IMG/VR virus record: IMGVR_UViG_3300028888_000049
From: a virus
Taxonomy: Duplodnaviria > Caudoviricetes
Direction: 5' to 3' (one strand)
Length of the DNA stretch: 64,000 bases
The position numbers and the translations under genes are program-made. Within the stretch, counting starts at the first letter, position 1. The number at the start of each line of letters is the position of its first letter. Positions 8,863 to 20,100 of the stretch are shown one piece after another. The notes under the pieces are model-generated. The model saw only the letters and a list, made by a program, of their open reading frames with translations. It did no database searches and was not told where the DNA came from.

Positions 8863-10995
8863 ATGCCAACATCACTCTCAAATATCACTGTTAAAGATTC
8901 TGCACATTCTCTTGTAATCAAATCAAACGATATTACTATTGATGGTACTAGTATACTTGGACAAAATAATTTTGTCACTCTTGATACAGCACAAACGATT
9001 TTGGGTAAAAAAACATTTAGTACTGAAATTATTCAAAATAAATCAACAAGTGGATATACAGGTTTTTATTCACAAAATACGGCTATTACAAGAGGAACCA
9101 CTCCTTCTTCAAATTCTGGTATTACTATAGGATTACAAGATTCAACGGGATTAAATTCATCTGGAAGATTAGCTGCATTTCAATTACAGTATAATACAGA
9201 TGGTAATATACAAGCGTCTATGATAGCTGGTGAACCAGTCTCAGGTAGTAGTGATAATGCGAGAATTAGTTTATTTAATACTGCTACGGGTACAGCTTAT
9301 ACATCAGCTCCAACACCTATGGAAGATACAACCACATCAAAACAAATTGATACTGTAGGTGCAAGAAATACTAAATTATATAAAGGAATTACTAACTGTA
9401 TTACATATATCCCGCAAGACATTAAGTTAGAGATAAACTCAAATGGGAAAGCTGTATTAAAGGCAGGGAGTAAGGTTTATGTACCGAATGGGTTTACAGG
9501 AACAACACCAAAATTTGATGTTAATACTATTGCTAGTGATATTACTTATAATTTTCAATCATCACAGAATGGAAAATATTTACTAGCAAACCATAACAAC
9601 GGACAAAATGCTGGCTGGTCTAAAGCTAACCTAGCGGAAAGTGGAACGAGTACAGAATCAAATACTTCATTTTATTATAGAACAGATGATAATAAAGTAT
9701 ATTATCTAAATGATTCTTCAGGCGGTATTTACACACTTCCTTTGGCTATTGTAAATTTAACAAATGGTGTTGCAACTATAGATCAAGTCTTTAACGGCTT
9801 TGGTTATATTGGTTCAACAGCATTTGCACTTCCTGGAGTTAAAGGACTTATACCTAATGGCAGAAATGAAGATGGAAGTTTGAAGAATATTGAGTTTATA
9901 ACAAGTACAGTATATACGAGAAATTTAACACAAACTGGTACATACTATATGGGATTAACAGTATCAGGAATTGCAGTGTCAAATTTAACAAATAGCTCAT
10001 ATAATGAAAATGAAAACATAAATTATTCAGGGACAGTTAAATGGTTTGCTTCTCCATATTGTATTTGTCTTTTATCATCAGGTGTCATTACATCTCTCAC
10101 TCCTAAAACCCCATTCCACGCAGTTGATTATAATGACTTTTCAGACTTGAAAGATATTGTAGATAACACTGTGAAGCTGACAGGTAACCAGACCATTAAT
10201 GGGGCTAAAACATTTACTGCTTCACCCGTTATAAGTAATAACATTACTGATACTTCATTATTTTTTAAAGATACAGGTATTGCTTCAAATTCAACAGTAC
10301 CTACAGCTGACAGATTACGTTCTTTTAGAGTTATGGCGAATGACAATACGATATTAGGAGACGTAAGATTCGTTAGACAGTCATCAGGAAATGTAACATC
10401 ACAACTAACTTGTAGAAAAGTTATAGATGGAACTCAATATAATTCTGCAGTAACAGCAAATGTTTCATCAACAGGTATTATATACGGAACTTGTCCAACG
10501 CCTCCGGCTGTTTCTAATACAACTGATGCTTATATAGCAACAACAGCATGGTGTAATGACCCAATAAAAAGTACTAATGTAGTTCATAGAAATGGTAATG
10601 AAACCATTGGTGGTACAAAGACATTTAATACTACTTATACATCATTCAAAGGAACAGCCATTGATATTACAAATGCAAAAACTACACAAAATGATGTAGG
10701 GATAAACTGGCTAGATAAAAATGGAACAGTTTTAGGACAAAATCATATTAGAACAGACACTACAGGCTCTGTTGCAAATAGTATGTATATCAAAGCTCAT
10801 AATAGCAATAGTTGGGTGAGTATCACTGTCGGTTTTGATACTAATGATAATGTCTATACACATGCTCCGACGCCAGCTGTTTCTAGTAATAATACTAATA
10901 TAGCAACTACGGCTTATGTAAACAATAAGTTTCAAGTTGTATCTGCACTACCAGCTTCTCCTGATAGTAATGTTTTCTACTTTATACCAGCTTAG
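8863..10995 (+). CDS. tail fibre / receptor-binding protein paralogue A
   Basis: Shared N-terminus MPTSLSNITVKD; fibre repeats (GNETIGGTKTF, IATTAYV); C-terminus VVSALPASPDSNVFYFIPA. Confidence 0.85.
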   Translation: MPTSLSNITVKDSAHSLVIKSNDITIDGTSILGQNNFVTLDTAQTILGKKTFSTEIIQNKSTSGYTGFYSQNTAITRGTTPSSNSGITIGLQDSTGLNSSGRLAAFQLQYNTDGNIQASMIAGEPVSGSSDNARISLFNTATGTAYTSAPTPMEDTTTSKQIDTVGARNTKLYKGITNCITYIPQDIKLEINSNGKAVLKAGSKVYVPNGFTGTTPKFDVNTIASDITYNFQSSQNGKYLLANHNNGQNAGWSKANLAESGTSTESNTSFYYRTDDNKVYYLNDSSGGIYTLPLAIVNLTNGVATIDQVFNGFGYIGSTAFALPGVKGLIPNGRNEDGSLKNIEFITSTVYTRNLTQTGTYYMGLTVSGIAVSNLTNSSYNENENINYSGTVKWFASPYCICLLSSGVITSLTPKTPFHAVDYNDFSDLKDIVDNTVKLTGNQTINGAKTFTASPVISNNITDTSLFFKDTGIASNSTVPTADRLRSFRVMANDNTILGDVRFVRQSSGNVTSQLTCRKVIDGTQYNSAVTANVSSTGIIYGTCPTPPAVSNTTDAYIATTAWCNDPIKSTNVVHRNGNETIGGTKTFNTTYTSFKGTAIDITNAKTTQNDVGINWLDKNGTVLGQNHIRTDTTGSVANSMYIKAHNSNSWVSITVGFDTNDNVYTHAPTPAVSSNNTNIATTAYVNNKFQVVSALPASPDSNVFYFIPA

Positions 10996-12395
10996 GCAGG
11001 AATGTAATAAAATACGTTAGAGTCCGGGCTAGCAGGTAAAGCTGAAACTACCTGATGTTTATTATTAACATATGCAGTTGTCGCAGCAGTAGCCTCATTT
11101 GAAGAAGTAGCAGGTGTAGGTAAGTTCACTTTACTATTAAATATTGCGACGCTATTACCATCTGACAGAACTTGTAAAACTAATTGAGAATAAGCTGAAC
11201 TCGTTTTGCCGTTTGCTCTAATCGCAAAGATTCTATTTTCACTTGTATCTACATTTAAATTAATATATCCTAATTGAGTAGAAGAAGCATCATACCACTC
11301 TATAAATCTTTGTGTACTTGTAGAAGTTGGTGTTCCATTAGTATAGGCTTTATTAAATAGTCTTATTTGTGCATATGAATTTGATGTGTTACCATTACCA
11401 AGTATTATTTGATTGTGTGCTGTGACCCAATTACTCATATTAAATTGTGAAAGATCACTGTGTAGTTTTTGTAATTCTAAACCTTTAGCACCATTTGATA
11501 AATAATGTATCCCTAAATAAGCAAGACGAGTGTTATTATTTCCTCTAAAATCATAACCTACATATTGATTTGATGAAGGAGTAGAACCTGGAGTAATACT
11601 ATTATTTTGAGCAATAAAATTAACTGGTCCAGTAATAGCCGCTACATAATTACTTATATCAAAATGTGCTGAAGAGGCTATTTGTGGAGAATTTTGATTT
11701 TTATGAGCTATTAAATCTAAATAAGTATAATATTGTGTACTGTTAGAAGGATCACCGTTTTGAACACATAAATGACAACCTACTGCATCATTAGTATATT
11801 GTCTCATTTGCATAAAAAATGTTCTACTACCGTTTTTATCAGCTTGTATATAATAATTATTTCCCCATGTATCTGCTGTTAAGGTTTTTGTTTTATCTAT
11901 AGTAGTATTAATCTGCTGTATACTTAAATTACTAAGACGTGATTGTACCCAAGCAGTAGTAGCAATTCGTGAGGTACTGTCTGATACTGAAGAAGGAGTT
12001 GGAGCTTCTGCATAAGATGTTCCGTCTGATTTTATACCTACTCGAATAGCAGCATAACCATTTCCATTTTGTTGTCTTGCGTATAAACTTTTTCTATAAG
12101 TACCATCTGTTAAATGTTCGCATTCTAATCCACCTAACCAAATATTATTTTTATCTGTAAATCCAATGGAACTAATAGTTTGTTCAGATGGAGCAGTAGT
12201 CCAATCATCATTCATACCTTTCTTATAAAATACTTCTCTGAACCATTTATGAGCTTTTATATCTTGATCAGTATCTAGTGTGACAAAATTATTTGTAGCA
12301 AGAATAGATGAACCATTTATAGTAATATCATTAGCTTTAACTATAAGTGTGTTAGTACCATCTTTTACTGTAATATTACTTAAACTTGTTGTCAT
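10992..12395 (-). CDS. tail fibre / receptor-binding protein paralogue B
   Basis: Same N- and C-terminal motifs; stop codon overlaps that of A. Confidence 0.85.
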   Translation of the reverse strand: MTTSLSNITVKDGTNTLIVKANDITINGSSILATNNFVTLDTDQDIKAHKWFREVFYKKGMNDDWTTAPSEQTISSIGFTDKNNIWLGGLECEHLTDGTYRKSLYARQQNGNGYAAIRVGIKSDGTSYAEAPTPSSVSDSTSRIATTAWVQSRLSNLSIQQINTTIDKTKTLTADTWGNNYYIQADKNGSRTFFMQMRQYTNDAVGCHLCVQNGDPSNSTQYYTYLDLIAHKNQNSPQIASSAHFDISNYVAAITGPVNFIAQNNSITPGSTPSSNQYVGYDFRGNNNTRLAYLGIHYLSNGAKGLELQKLHSDLSQFNMSNWVTAHNQIILGNGNTSNSYAQIRLFNKAYTNGTPTSTSTQRFIEWYDASSTQLGYINLNVDTSENRIFAIRANGKTSSAYSQLVLQVLSDGNSVAIFNSKVNLPTPATSSNEATAATTAYVNNKHQVVSALPASPDSNVFYYIPA

Positions 12396-12416
12396 TTTTC
12401 GTCTATTCCTTGTACT

Positions 12417-12460
12417 CTAATTCAGATATATTATAGATTCGTATAGAGTGTTAAAAATAG
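12417..12460 (-). other. putative recombination site B (core 12438-12439)
   Basis: Minus strand CTAtttttaacactCTATAcg-AA-tcTATAAtatatctgaatTAG; 22/25 identical to the gene-proximal half of A/C. Confidence 0.65.
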
Positions 12461-12486
12461 ACTTAATTTAACTTAAAGTATTGTTT

Positions 12487-12798
12487 TTAATGAATAATGA
12501 AGCCTGGAGATAGAACTACTATTTTACCTTTTTTATTTTTAGCATATAAAGCGGATTTTGGTTTACCATGATCTATCCAATATTTAACAAGTAAAATATG
12601 AAAATGATTAAAAGGATTATGAGATTTTTCAAAATGAGGACAACTGCAAGTTTTAAGATCTGCAGATACAAAAAAAGAAGAGACTAAAACTGAATTTATT
12701 TTTTCATGTACAAAGTATCCATTTATTTCTTCATCTACGATACTTTCTTCAATAAGATACATATTAATTCCTTTTTCCTTTTTATAACAATAATACAT
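12487..12798 (-). CDS. small SWIM-like Zn-finger protein
   Basis: CSCPHF...HFH; GTTCTA motif at 12804-12809. Confidence 0.55.
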   Translation of the reverse strand: MYYCYKKEKGINMYLIEESIVDEEINGYFVHEKINSVLVSSFFVSADLKTCSCPHFEKSHNPFNHFHILLVKYWIDHGKPKSALYAKNKKGKIVVLSPGFIIH

Positions 12799-12888
12799 TA
12801 TATTAGAACATTAATTTTCATAAAAAATTATAAAGAAAAAGAGTGTATTAACGAAAACACACTCTCTAACAAACATATTAATTAAAAA

Positions 12889-13527
12889 TTACATAAGACC
12901 TATACATAAACCGAATGTAAAGCCATGTAAAATTTCAGCTAAATTTTTAGGCTCATTTATAGTTAATTTTACAAACATAGAATTAGTATATAATGATGGA
13001 AATTTAGCAAAAAGTTTATGACAACTTAAATAAATAGGATACATACATAAAATAAGAATTAACCATAACCAAGAATGGTATAAAATCATAGCAGGTAATA
13101 AACCAACTAATGCACGCATACTACTATAAATCCAGTCATATACACCATAGTATTTATGAATATGATAAGGTAAATGTAACAGATCTTCTACAACCCAATT
13201 TATAAAACGAACGATCTGATTACATAAAGGACGAAACCATAAGCTGTAAGAGTCGCGATTTTGTACTCCACTTTGGCCAGAATCTATGATCTCTCCTATT
13301 GACCTAGACCAGTACTGTACTATGATATACAGAGATGTAGCAGCAATAGAGAAAGCTTTCCAGAATTCGTTATTAATAGTTACACTCATCTGTATATGCA
13401 TTAGTACAAAACCAAGAGCCATAATTCCGATCATTTCTTGAGTAGCTCTAGAAAGTATCTTTTTAAATTTACCTTCTCCAAAAAGACGTCTCCAAAGAGC
13501 CCAAAACATTCCACATAATAAACTCAT
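12889..13527 (-). CDS. integral membrane protein
   Basis: Several hydrophobic segments; RBS GGAG; GTTCTA motif at 13565-13570. Confidence 0.7.
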   Translation of the reverse strand: MSLLCGMFWALWRRLFGEGKFKKILSRATQEMIGIMALGFVLMHIQMSVTINNEFWKAFSIAATSLYIIVQYWSRSIGEIIDSGQSGVQNRDSYSLWFRPLCNQIVRFINWVVEDLLHLPYHIHKYYGVYDWIYSSMRALVGLLPAMILYHSWLWLILILCMYPIYLSCHKLFAKFPSLYTNSMFVKLTINEPKNLAEILHGFTFGLCIGLM

Positions 13528-13727
13528 TATTTTTAACTCCAGTATTAATAATATATATACTTATTAGAACTATTCAAAAGCTTGTTTTAATTAGCATTTT
13601 GTTATATAACTATTAGGTCTCATTTTAAGCTCATACAGTGATGATATGTCATTTTACTATAAGTTATAAAGAAAAGACCCAAAACGTTAATTCTGGGTCA
13701 TTTTAGTAACTATTTTTGTTATATTTA

Positions 13728-14123
13728 TTATGAATCTTTTTTGCTACAGATATGATGTGCTAGTTTTTTAGCAGATTGTTCCAAAGGATAGAGAATTCCA
13801 CCTGTTGTTTTTAAGAATTCGTAGATTTTTTGTTCTACTTGTTCTTCGTTATTTGAGTCTTCTGTTATTTCTTTAGGACTCATTACTTTTTTAATATAAT
13901 TCCATACTTTTTGTGTAACTTCTTCTTGTTGTTCATCTGATAGTTCATTAAAAGAATGTGAATGATAATTTGCTATTTCATTAAGAAAATCTTTTACGCT
14001 TTCATAATCTTTAGCCTTTAATATCATATTACTTTCAATGTAGTTTAACTTTTTAATGATAGTATTTGCGATTCTGCTTAGAGGATTAATTGCTTCCATA
14101 AATGCTTGACGTGTAATAGACAT
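13728..14123 (-). CDS. hypothetical protein
   Basis: 131 aa, coupled to the upstream ORF. Confidence 0.7.
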   Translation of the reverse strand: MSITRQAFMEAINPLSRIANTIIKKLNYIESNMILKAKDYESVKDFLNEIANYHSHSFNELSDEQQEEVTQKVWNYIKKVMSPKEITEDSNNEEQVEQKIYEFLKTTGGILYPLEQSAKKLAHHICSKKDS

Positions 14124-14950
14124 TAGAATTCTCCTTTAAGACTTTTTAGATAATCAATAACTTCATTAAGTTTATCTTTAGCTTCTTGTGAATATACTGT
14201 CAATACCATATCTTCTATTTTCATGATATCAAAGTCTAAATCACTATTTCTATCTTCTTGTCTTTCAACAGCAGGATCTTTACTATTTACTAATATATTT
14301 TCTATTGCTTCAATAGTTCCTTGTTCTAATCCAAAGTTTATTTTTACTCCCCAAAGATATTTATCTACTTCTTCAGCAGTCATGTCTTGAGGAAATCTGT
14401 CAAGCATATTATAAACTTCTTCTTTCTGTCTATCATCTAATGCAACAGTTTGAAAGATAGCATATTCAACTTTATCTTTATTATAAAGTCTATTTTCAGC
14501 TACATTCTCTTCAAAAGCTTGCACTGATTCTGTTAGAGATTCTTTTACAGTTTTATCTTCTTTTTCTTTATTATCATCTGTATTTTCTTCAGACGTAATT
14601 TCAGAATTTTCAGTATCTTTACCTGTATTAGCTTCTTCTACACCATCTTCAAATGCTTTTTTAATAGTATCTACTTTAGACATTTGTGTTGTTAATTGAG
14701 CAAGATGTTTTACTTCTTCTCTTTTAATATCTTCTAATGTATCGTGAAAAAGCTCTACTAATGATTTTGTAGTTACATTTTCTTCTAAAGCTAATATTTG
14801 GTCATACTCATTACAAGCAGAAGTTTCACTAGAAATAGCTCCCATAATAGCTTGCTTATACTGTTCATCATAAGTGATATCTACAGTATTTGTATCTAGT
14901 GGATTTACTTCTGCTTCAGTCAGAGTTTTCTTTTTAGGAATAAATCTCAT
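14123..14950 (-). CDS. protein with N-terminal ferritin-like four-helix motif
   Basis: AISSETSACNEY...LEDIKREEVKHLAQL (E...Y...EExxH pattern). Confidence 0.55.
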   Translation of the reverse strand: MRFIPKKKTLTEAEVNPLDTNTVDITYDEQYKQAIMGAISSETSACNEYDQILALEENVTTKSLVELFHDTLEDIKREEVKHLAQLTTQMSKVDTIKKAFEDGVEEANTGKDTENSEITSEENTDDNKEKEDKTVKESLTESVQAFEENVAENRLYNKDKVEYAIFQTVALDDRQKEEVYNMLDRFPQDMTAEEVDKYLWGVKINFGLEQGTIEAIENILVNSKDPAVERQEDRNSDLDFDIMKIEDMVLTVYSQEAKDKLNEVIDYLKSLKGEF

Positions 14951-14967
14951 AACATTACTTCTTTTTT

Positions 14968-15678
14968 TTATTTTTGGACTGGATTTGCAGCACTCGATTT
15001 GTTTACAAAGTATGTATTATCGTCACCTAATTCTAGAGAAACTGTAGAAACAGTAATATTTTTAGGTAACTTATTCTTATCTACTTGCGATACTTTATAA
15101 GCATTGTTTTTCTGATCATCTAATACTTGATCTACATGAATACCTTCTGAACCTTCACCAATTTCGTTCTTCAAAGTATTTAAAACATCAGAAACGTTAA
15201 TTCGCATGTCCTGCTGGTAATCTTTAGGACCTGCGAAATCACTTGCCTCAGATAGATATGCTAAACAGTCTTTACCTTCTAAAATCTCGTTCATGAATTT
15301 ACCATAAGTACCTTCGCCAAACATGTGATGTAGCATATGTTCTACTTTGTCTTCACCTTCTTCGCAGTGATCATCTTCACAAGGGTTATCAATTTCTTTT
15401 ACTGAAATATTTACTAATTCATTTGTAACATCAGCATCATGATCAACTGGACCTTCAGCTTTATTTTCAAAGTTAGTATCGTTTGACATTTCAGCTGTAT
15501 TTACGAGATTTTGAGCATCTGTAATTTCTTCTTGTGCAAATTCACCCGGAACTACATTAGCCATACCCATATCATCGAATGACTGTACACCATTCTGTTT
15601 AATCATATCAGCAGTACTTTCAATACCTTCTTTTAATACTGATTTAGCTGCTTCTAATAATTCGTTCTTAAGATTCAT
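14968..15678 (-). CDS. acidic protein, probable head/internal protein
   Basis: LLEA, LKEG, ILEG, LSEA motifs. Confidence 0.6.
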   Translation of the reverse strand: MNLKNELLEAAKSVLKEGIESTADMIKQNGVQSFDDMGMANVVPGEFAQEEITDAQNLVNTAEMSNDTNFENKAEGPVDHDADVTNELVNISVKEIDNPCEDDHCEEGEDKVEHMLHHMFGEGTYGKFMNEILEGKDCLAYLSEASDFAGPKDYQQDMRINVSDVLNTLKNEIGEGSEGIHVDQVLDDQKNNAYKVSQVDKNKLPKNITVSTVSLELGDDNTYFVNKSSAANPVQK

Positions 15679-15833
15679 TTATTTTTATCCTTATTAAAAA
15701 CTCGAGTATATTTGTAGGGATTATTATGTTTTTCTTTTAAAGACTTACGCTTTTTATCTTTTTCATATCTTTGCATATATTCAACGAAGCGCTTATATGT
15801 AAATTTAGAAGATATTTCGTTATCGTCTTTCAT
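15675..15833 (-). CDS. small basic protein (52 aa; not in the ORF track)
   Basis: MKDDNEISSKFTYKRFVEYMQRYEK...; stop overlaps the ATG of the 15678 gene; GTTCTA motifs at 15861 and 15878. Confidence 0.45.
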   Translation of the reverse strand: MKDDNEISSKFTYKRFVEYMQRYEKDKKRKSLKEKHNNPYKYTRVFNKDKNK

Positions 15834-15902
15834 AAGTTAAACCTTTCTTTTACTTTTATTTAGAACTTCATCATAAATAGAACTTAATTATAACGCTAAT
15901 TT

Positions 15903-16838
15903 TTATTCTTTTTCATATTGGCATGGATCTGGAAATAATGTATATAGTAATCCATTAAGTTTAGGAAAATTTCGCCAGTTATCCGTTACATCATCAAAAA
16001 CTGATAGCCAACACTCATTAAGATAGTCTTTCGTAAGATCTCTTCCTAATGGAATTTTTACATCTTTTATAAGTCTTTGATTTTCAACAGTTTTTGTAGG
16101 ATATAAATTTCTATAAACTGATCTTTTATGTAGTACTTTTTTTGTATTTTGAAATTCTTTTATTTCTGGTCTGTTAAGAAATTCTAAAAAATCTTTTTTG
16201 TTAATTAATATTGGCCAGTGCGATTCATAGTTAAACTGGTTTTTACAATTCATTTGAGTAAGAAGTTCTTCTGCATAAGAAAACGCATATTGCCATCTAG
16301 ATTTCTTTTCTGTTTTACTGTATCTTTTTATTTCATCTAATAGTGTACCTAAGTATACGTTAGTATTTTCTTCCCAATTAGTTATTTGTTTTATAGCAAA
16401 GAAATCATCATTCATAAGAATAAAATTATCAGAAATATCTGGACATGTACAAGCAGTAGTATAATTAACCATACTGTTTTTCCATTTATTTCCTGTTTGT
16501 TCTGTATGTATATATTCTACATTTTGTACCCAAGAAGGCTTATATCCTATAATCCATATTTTACGATATTTACAGAATTTAGAAACAGAACGTAATGACA
16601 TTCTTAAATCAGGATTGATCTCTCCTTCTTTTACAATATAGACTAAATCATATAATGTATCTGTATCAATAGGATCTTGCTTAATAATATTACAATCTTC
16701 TATTTGCGATTTAAAAAGTACTTTTACTCTATCCGTATGTATTTTTTTTAATTTTTCTCTTTCTTTTGCTAATCTACGTAAATAAGGAGCTAATGTACAT
16801 CCTAAACTACTCATTATATTCTCCAGTAATATATACAC
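15903..16838 (-). CDS. Stealth-family (sugar-phosphotransferase)-like protein
   Basis: DLVY...DLRMSLRSV.KF...IWIIG..PSW...ISDNFILMNDDFF, a Stealth CR1/CR2-like pattern. Confidence 0.7.
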   Translation of the reverse strand: MYILLENIMSSLGCTLAPYLRRLAKEREKLKKIHTDRVKVLFKSQIEDCNIIKQDPIDTDTLYDLVYIVKEGEINPDLRMSLRSVSKFCKYRKIWIIGYKPSWVQNVEYIHTEQTGNKWKNSMVNYTTACTCPDISDNFILMNDDFFAIKQITNWEENTNVYLGTLLDEIKRYSKTEKKSRWQYAFSYAEELLTQMNCKNQFNYESHWPILINKKDFLEFLNRPEIKEFQNTKKVLHKRSVYRNLYPTKTVENQRLIKDVKIPLGRDLTKDYLNECWLSVFDDVTDNWRNFPKLNGLLYTLFPDPCQYEKE

Positions 16839-16886
16839 TATTTATAATGTATAGAACTGAAAAATACAAACAATAAGCGAATAAAT

Positions 16887-17159
16887 TTATTCGGAAAAAT
16901 CACCTGATTCTTCATCTTCAGGATAAGGTAAATTCTCTTCAATCCATGCTGTTACTTCTTTATCAAGAATTAAATAAGCTTCTTCATCTTCAGCAGTCCA
17001 ACTACCATTAGCTTGTCTTCTTTGTCTTTCTAATGTTTTATCATCAATGTGTTCTTTACGATATTGGATACGTTGTTGTTCTATTTCTTCGTGTGTAGGA
17101 ATATGAGGTTCATTTTCAACAGATTCTAAATAATCACCTCTATCTTCAAAAGAATGGTT
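16887..17159 (-). pseudogene. 5'-truncated tail-fibre assembly chaperone-like gene
   Basis: 90 open codons (NHSFEDRGDYLESVENEPHIPTHEEIEQQRIQYRKEHIDD...WIEENLPYPEDEESGDFSE*) with no in-frame start; directly after fibre C. Confidence 0.65.
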
Positions 17160-17166
17160 TTATACA

Positions 17167-20100
17167 TTAAGCTGGAATATAATAAAATACATTTGCATTC
17201 GGACTAGCTGGTAATGCAGAAACTACTTGATGCTTACTGTTACAGTAAGCTGTAGTAGCTATTTTGGTACTGTTATCAGATACTGCTGGTGTCGGAGCTT
17301 CAGTATAAAAAGAACCAGAAGCGTTGCATGATATTCCCAGAGTAGCACCGCTATTAGTTCCAGCAACAGGCGATTTTACAAACAAACGTGAAGAAACACT
17401 CCCATCTGTGTACATTCCTGTATATACTGAACCCATTTCAACATTATTTTTATCAGTAATTCTAGAACCGCCATAACAGTTTGAGCTAGGAGCAGTGCCT
17501 TGCGTATAAACGCTAGATTGATATCTTACACGCATATCACCGTCTTTTAAAACTATTGGAACATTACTAAAAGTCTTAGTACCTGCAATAGTTTGATTTC
17601 CTGTTAATTTAACACAGTCAGAAGTATCGCCACTAGCACTTCCGTATTCTTGGAATTTACCATTAGTATAAGCATATATTTTATCTTGTGGACAGAAATA
17701 GCATTGGTAAGTAGAGTACGTATAACCGATAGGAATGTAAAATTTATTATCAGCACTACTCGGAACAGTTGTCGTTACTAATGTTGAATCAATTGTCGCT
17801 GTTACACCATTAAGAGCAGATAATACTAAGTAGACTGTTGCATATTGAGTACCTGTCCAAGATGAATTACCTGTTATATCTCTGACACTTCTACCTGATA
17901 TTGCTCTAAAATTATTAGTACCTGTACCTGATGCACTAATAGCTGAGCCAGCCACCAGAATTGGATAGCTTATATCAAAAGTAATTCCACTGCCTATGTT
18001 TTTATAACCAGCAGAAGTTCCTACAATAGCCCTCCCTGCTGTAATAGCCGTTGCGGCTTTAATATTATTAGCAATTTGAAGTCTATCAGTAGTATTACTG
18101 TCTAAATCGCCTATTAATTGATAATATGTGCCATCATAAACAAATACGTATGTACGATTAATTCTTAAATATCCTTTATTAATAGCACTGCCACGATACT
18201 GAATAGCTTTTGCACCTGTACTATTAACATTAAGTGTCGGATTGTCTGCACCATTGGCTTCTGCTGTAAACTTAACAAAAATAACTGCACCAGTTTCTAA
18301 CTTAAATCCCGTACACGCAACTACTTTTTCTTGTGTAGCTGCTGCTGTATCACAAGTACCATAATGAGTAATATTAGCAGAACCATCAAACTCAACACCA
18401 TCTATCGTTCGTTTAGTAGTTAGCTTAGCAGCAGAACCAGTAATACTACCAGACGATGTGATATATCCTTGAGCCTTAACGAAAGCAGTAGTAGCGATTT
18501 TAGTTGAGTTATCAGATGTAGCAGGTGTAGGAGCGTAAGTAAATACATTTTTATTTTGGTCGTAACCAATTGTTAATTTCGCGTCATTTGTTGAACCTGA
18601 TGTTGGTTCAAATACTGCTAAATTTAATGTGGAAACTCCGTTTGAGTTATAATCATGATAGATTTGAGCCATTTTATTAGTTTGAGCAGTTCCATTTTTA
18701 TCATAAACAGTTCCAAACCATCCATCTATTGTACTTGTTGGAGCTGTACCTTTACTTATACCAGAATATTGCATGTAAAGATTAGGTTGAGTCATCTTTA
18801 TTGTTGGAGTACTAGTAAAAGTCTTATTCCCAGCAATAGTTTGGTTACCAGTAAGCTTAACAACATCACTATCAGCAGCTTTTGCATTCAAAGCGTTTTG
18901 TAAGTCTGTTTGATTTGATAATGTACCTGTAACTGATCCCCAAGTAGCTTGACCACCAGAACTATATCCTTGTGCTTTAACCCAGGCAGTAGTAGCAATC
19001 TTTGTGGAGTTATCAGAAGTAGCTGGTGTAAGTGTAGTTAAATACTCACTAGTATCTCCTAAAAATAATTTTTTCCAAGAAGTCCATGTTCCATTTTTAC
19101 AAGACCTAAAATATATACAACTCTCCTTAGCACCATAATATTTTTGAAAGATAATGTGATCAGTTGACGAAAAATTCCTTATCATAGATGTTTCTAATAA
19201 AAAGGTATCTTGGTCTGCTATTGGTTTGTCTGTTATGTTAGCACTCGCACCATTAGAAGTACAATAATAATATAATGTTTCACTACTACCAGTTGAAACA
19301 CAATCATTTAAACTTATTGTTTGGAAAGATATATTTTTACCTCTAAATACACCATTGAAATATAGTGCATCATTTATAGTTTTATTTCCATTTATAGTTT
19401 CATCACCGCTTCTGTGAACAACGTTTGTAGATGTTGCTGGATTATTTACCCAACCCATTGTTGCTAAAAGGGTATCTGATGTTGAGGAAGTTGAATATAC
19501 TAAATTATAGTTATAAGTATTTGATAAATTTCCTCCACCTGTATATATTAATGCGAAATTTTGACCATCATCAGCAATCATATTTCTAAGGTCAGCATAT
19601 GAAGTATTTTCGCCATATTTGTGTGCTCTAAACCAATAGCCTGTTTGTGATTTACCTTCTTGCGAATTATAGCTACGATAATTATATAAAGAAGTAACAG
19701 AATTATTAGTTAAATCTGTTGCTTCTAAAATAACATGCGCTGAGGACTTAGTAAGTTCAGAAAAATCACTATACCCTTTTAGTTTATATATAGCACCACT
19801 TGTTAATGTTAAGTTTCCACTCTTTTCTTCATTACCAGTTCTATGAATAACATTTGTACTGGTATCTGGATTGTTTACCCAACCTTTAGTTGGTACTTCT
19901 GTATCTGTTGTTGCACTAACGACTCTCGTTAAGGATAAGTTTGTTCCATTACCATTAATACTAGCCGTAAATGCTCCATTATCACGATTTTGAACTTCAA
20001 TATACCCTTCTTTATTTGAAGTTGCATTAACAGTATTTAATCTATTATATAAAGCACCATTGACATAATATGATGATTGATTAACACTACCCTTTCCATT

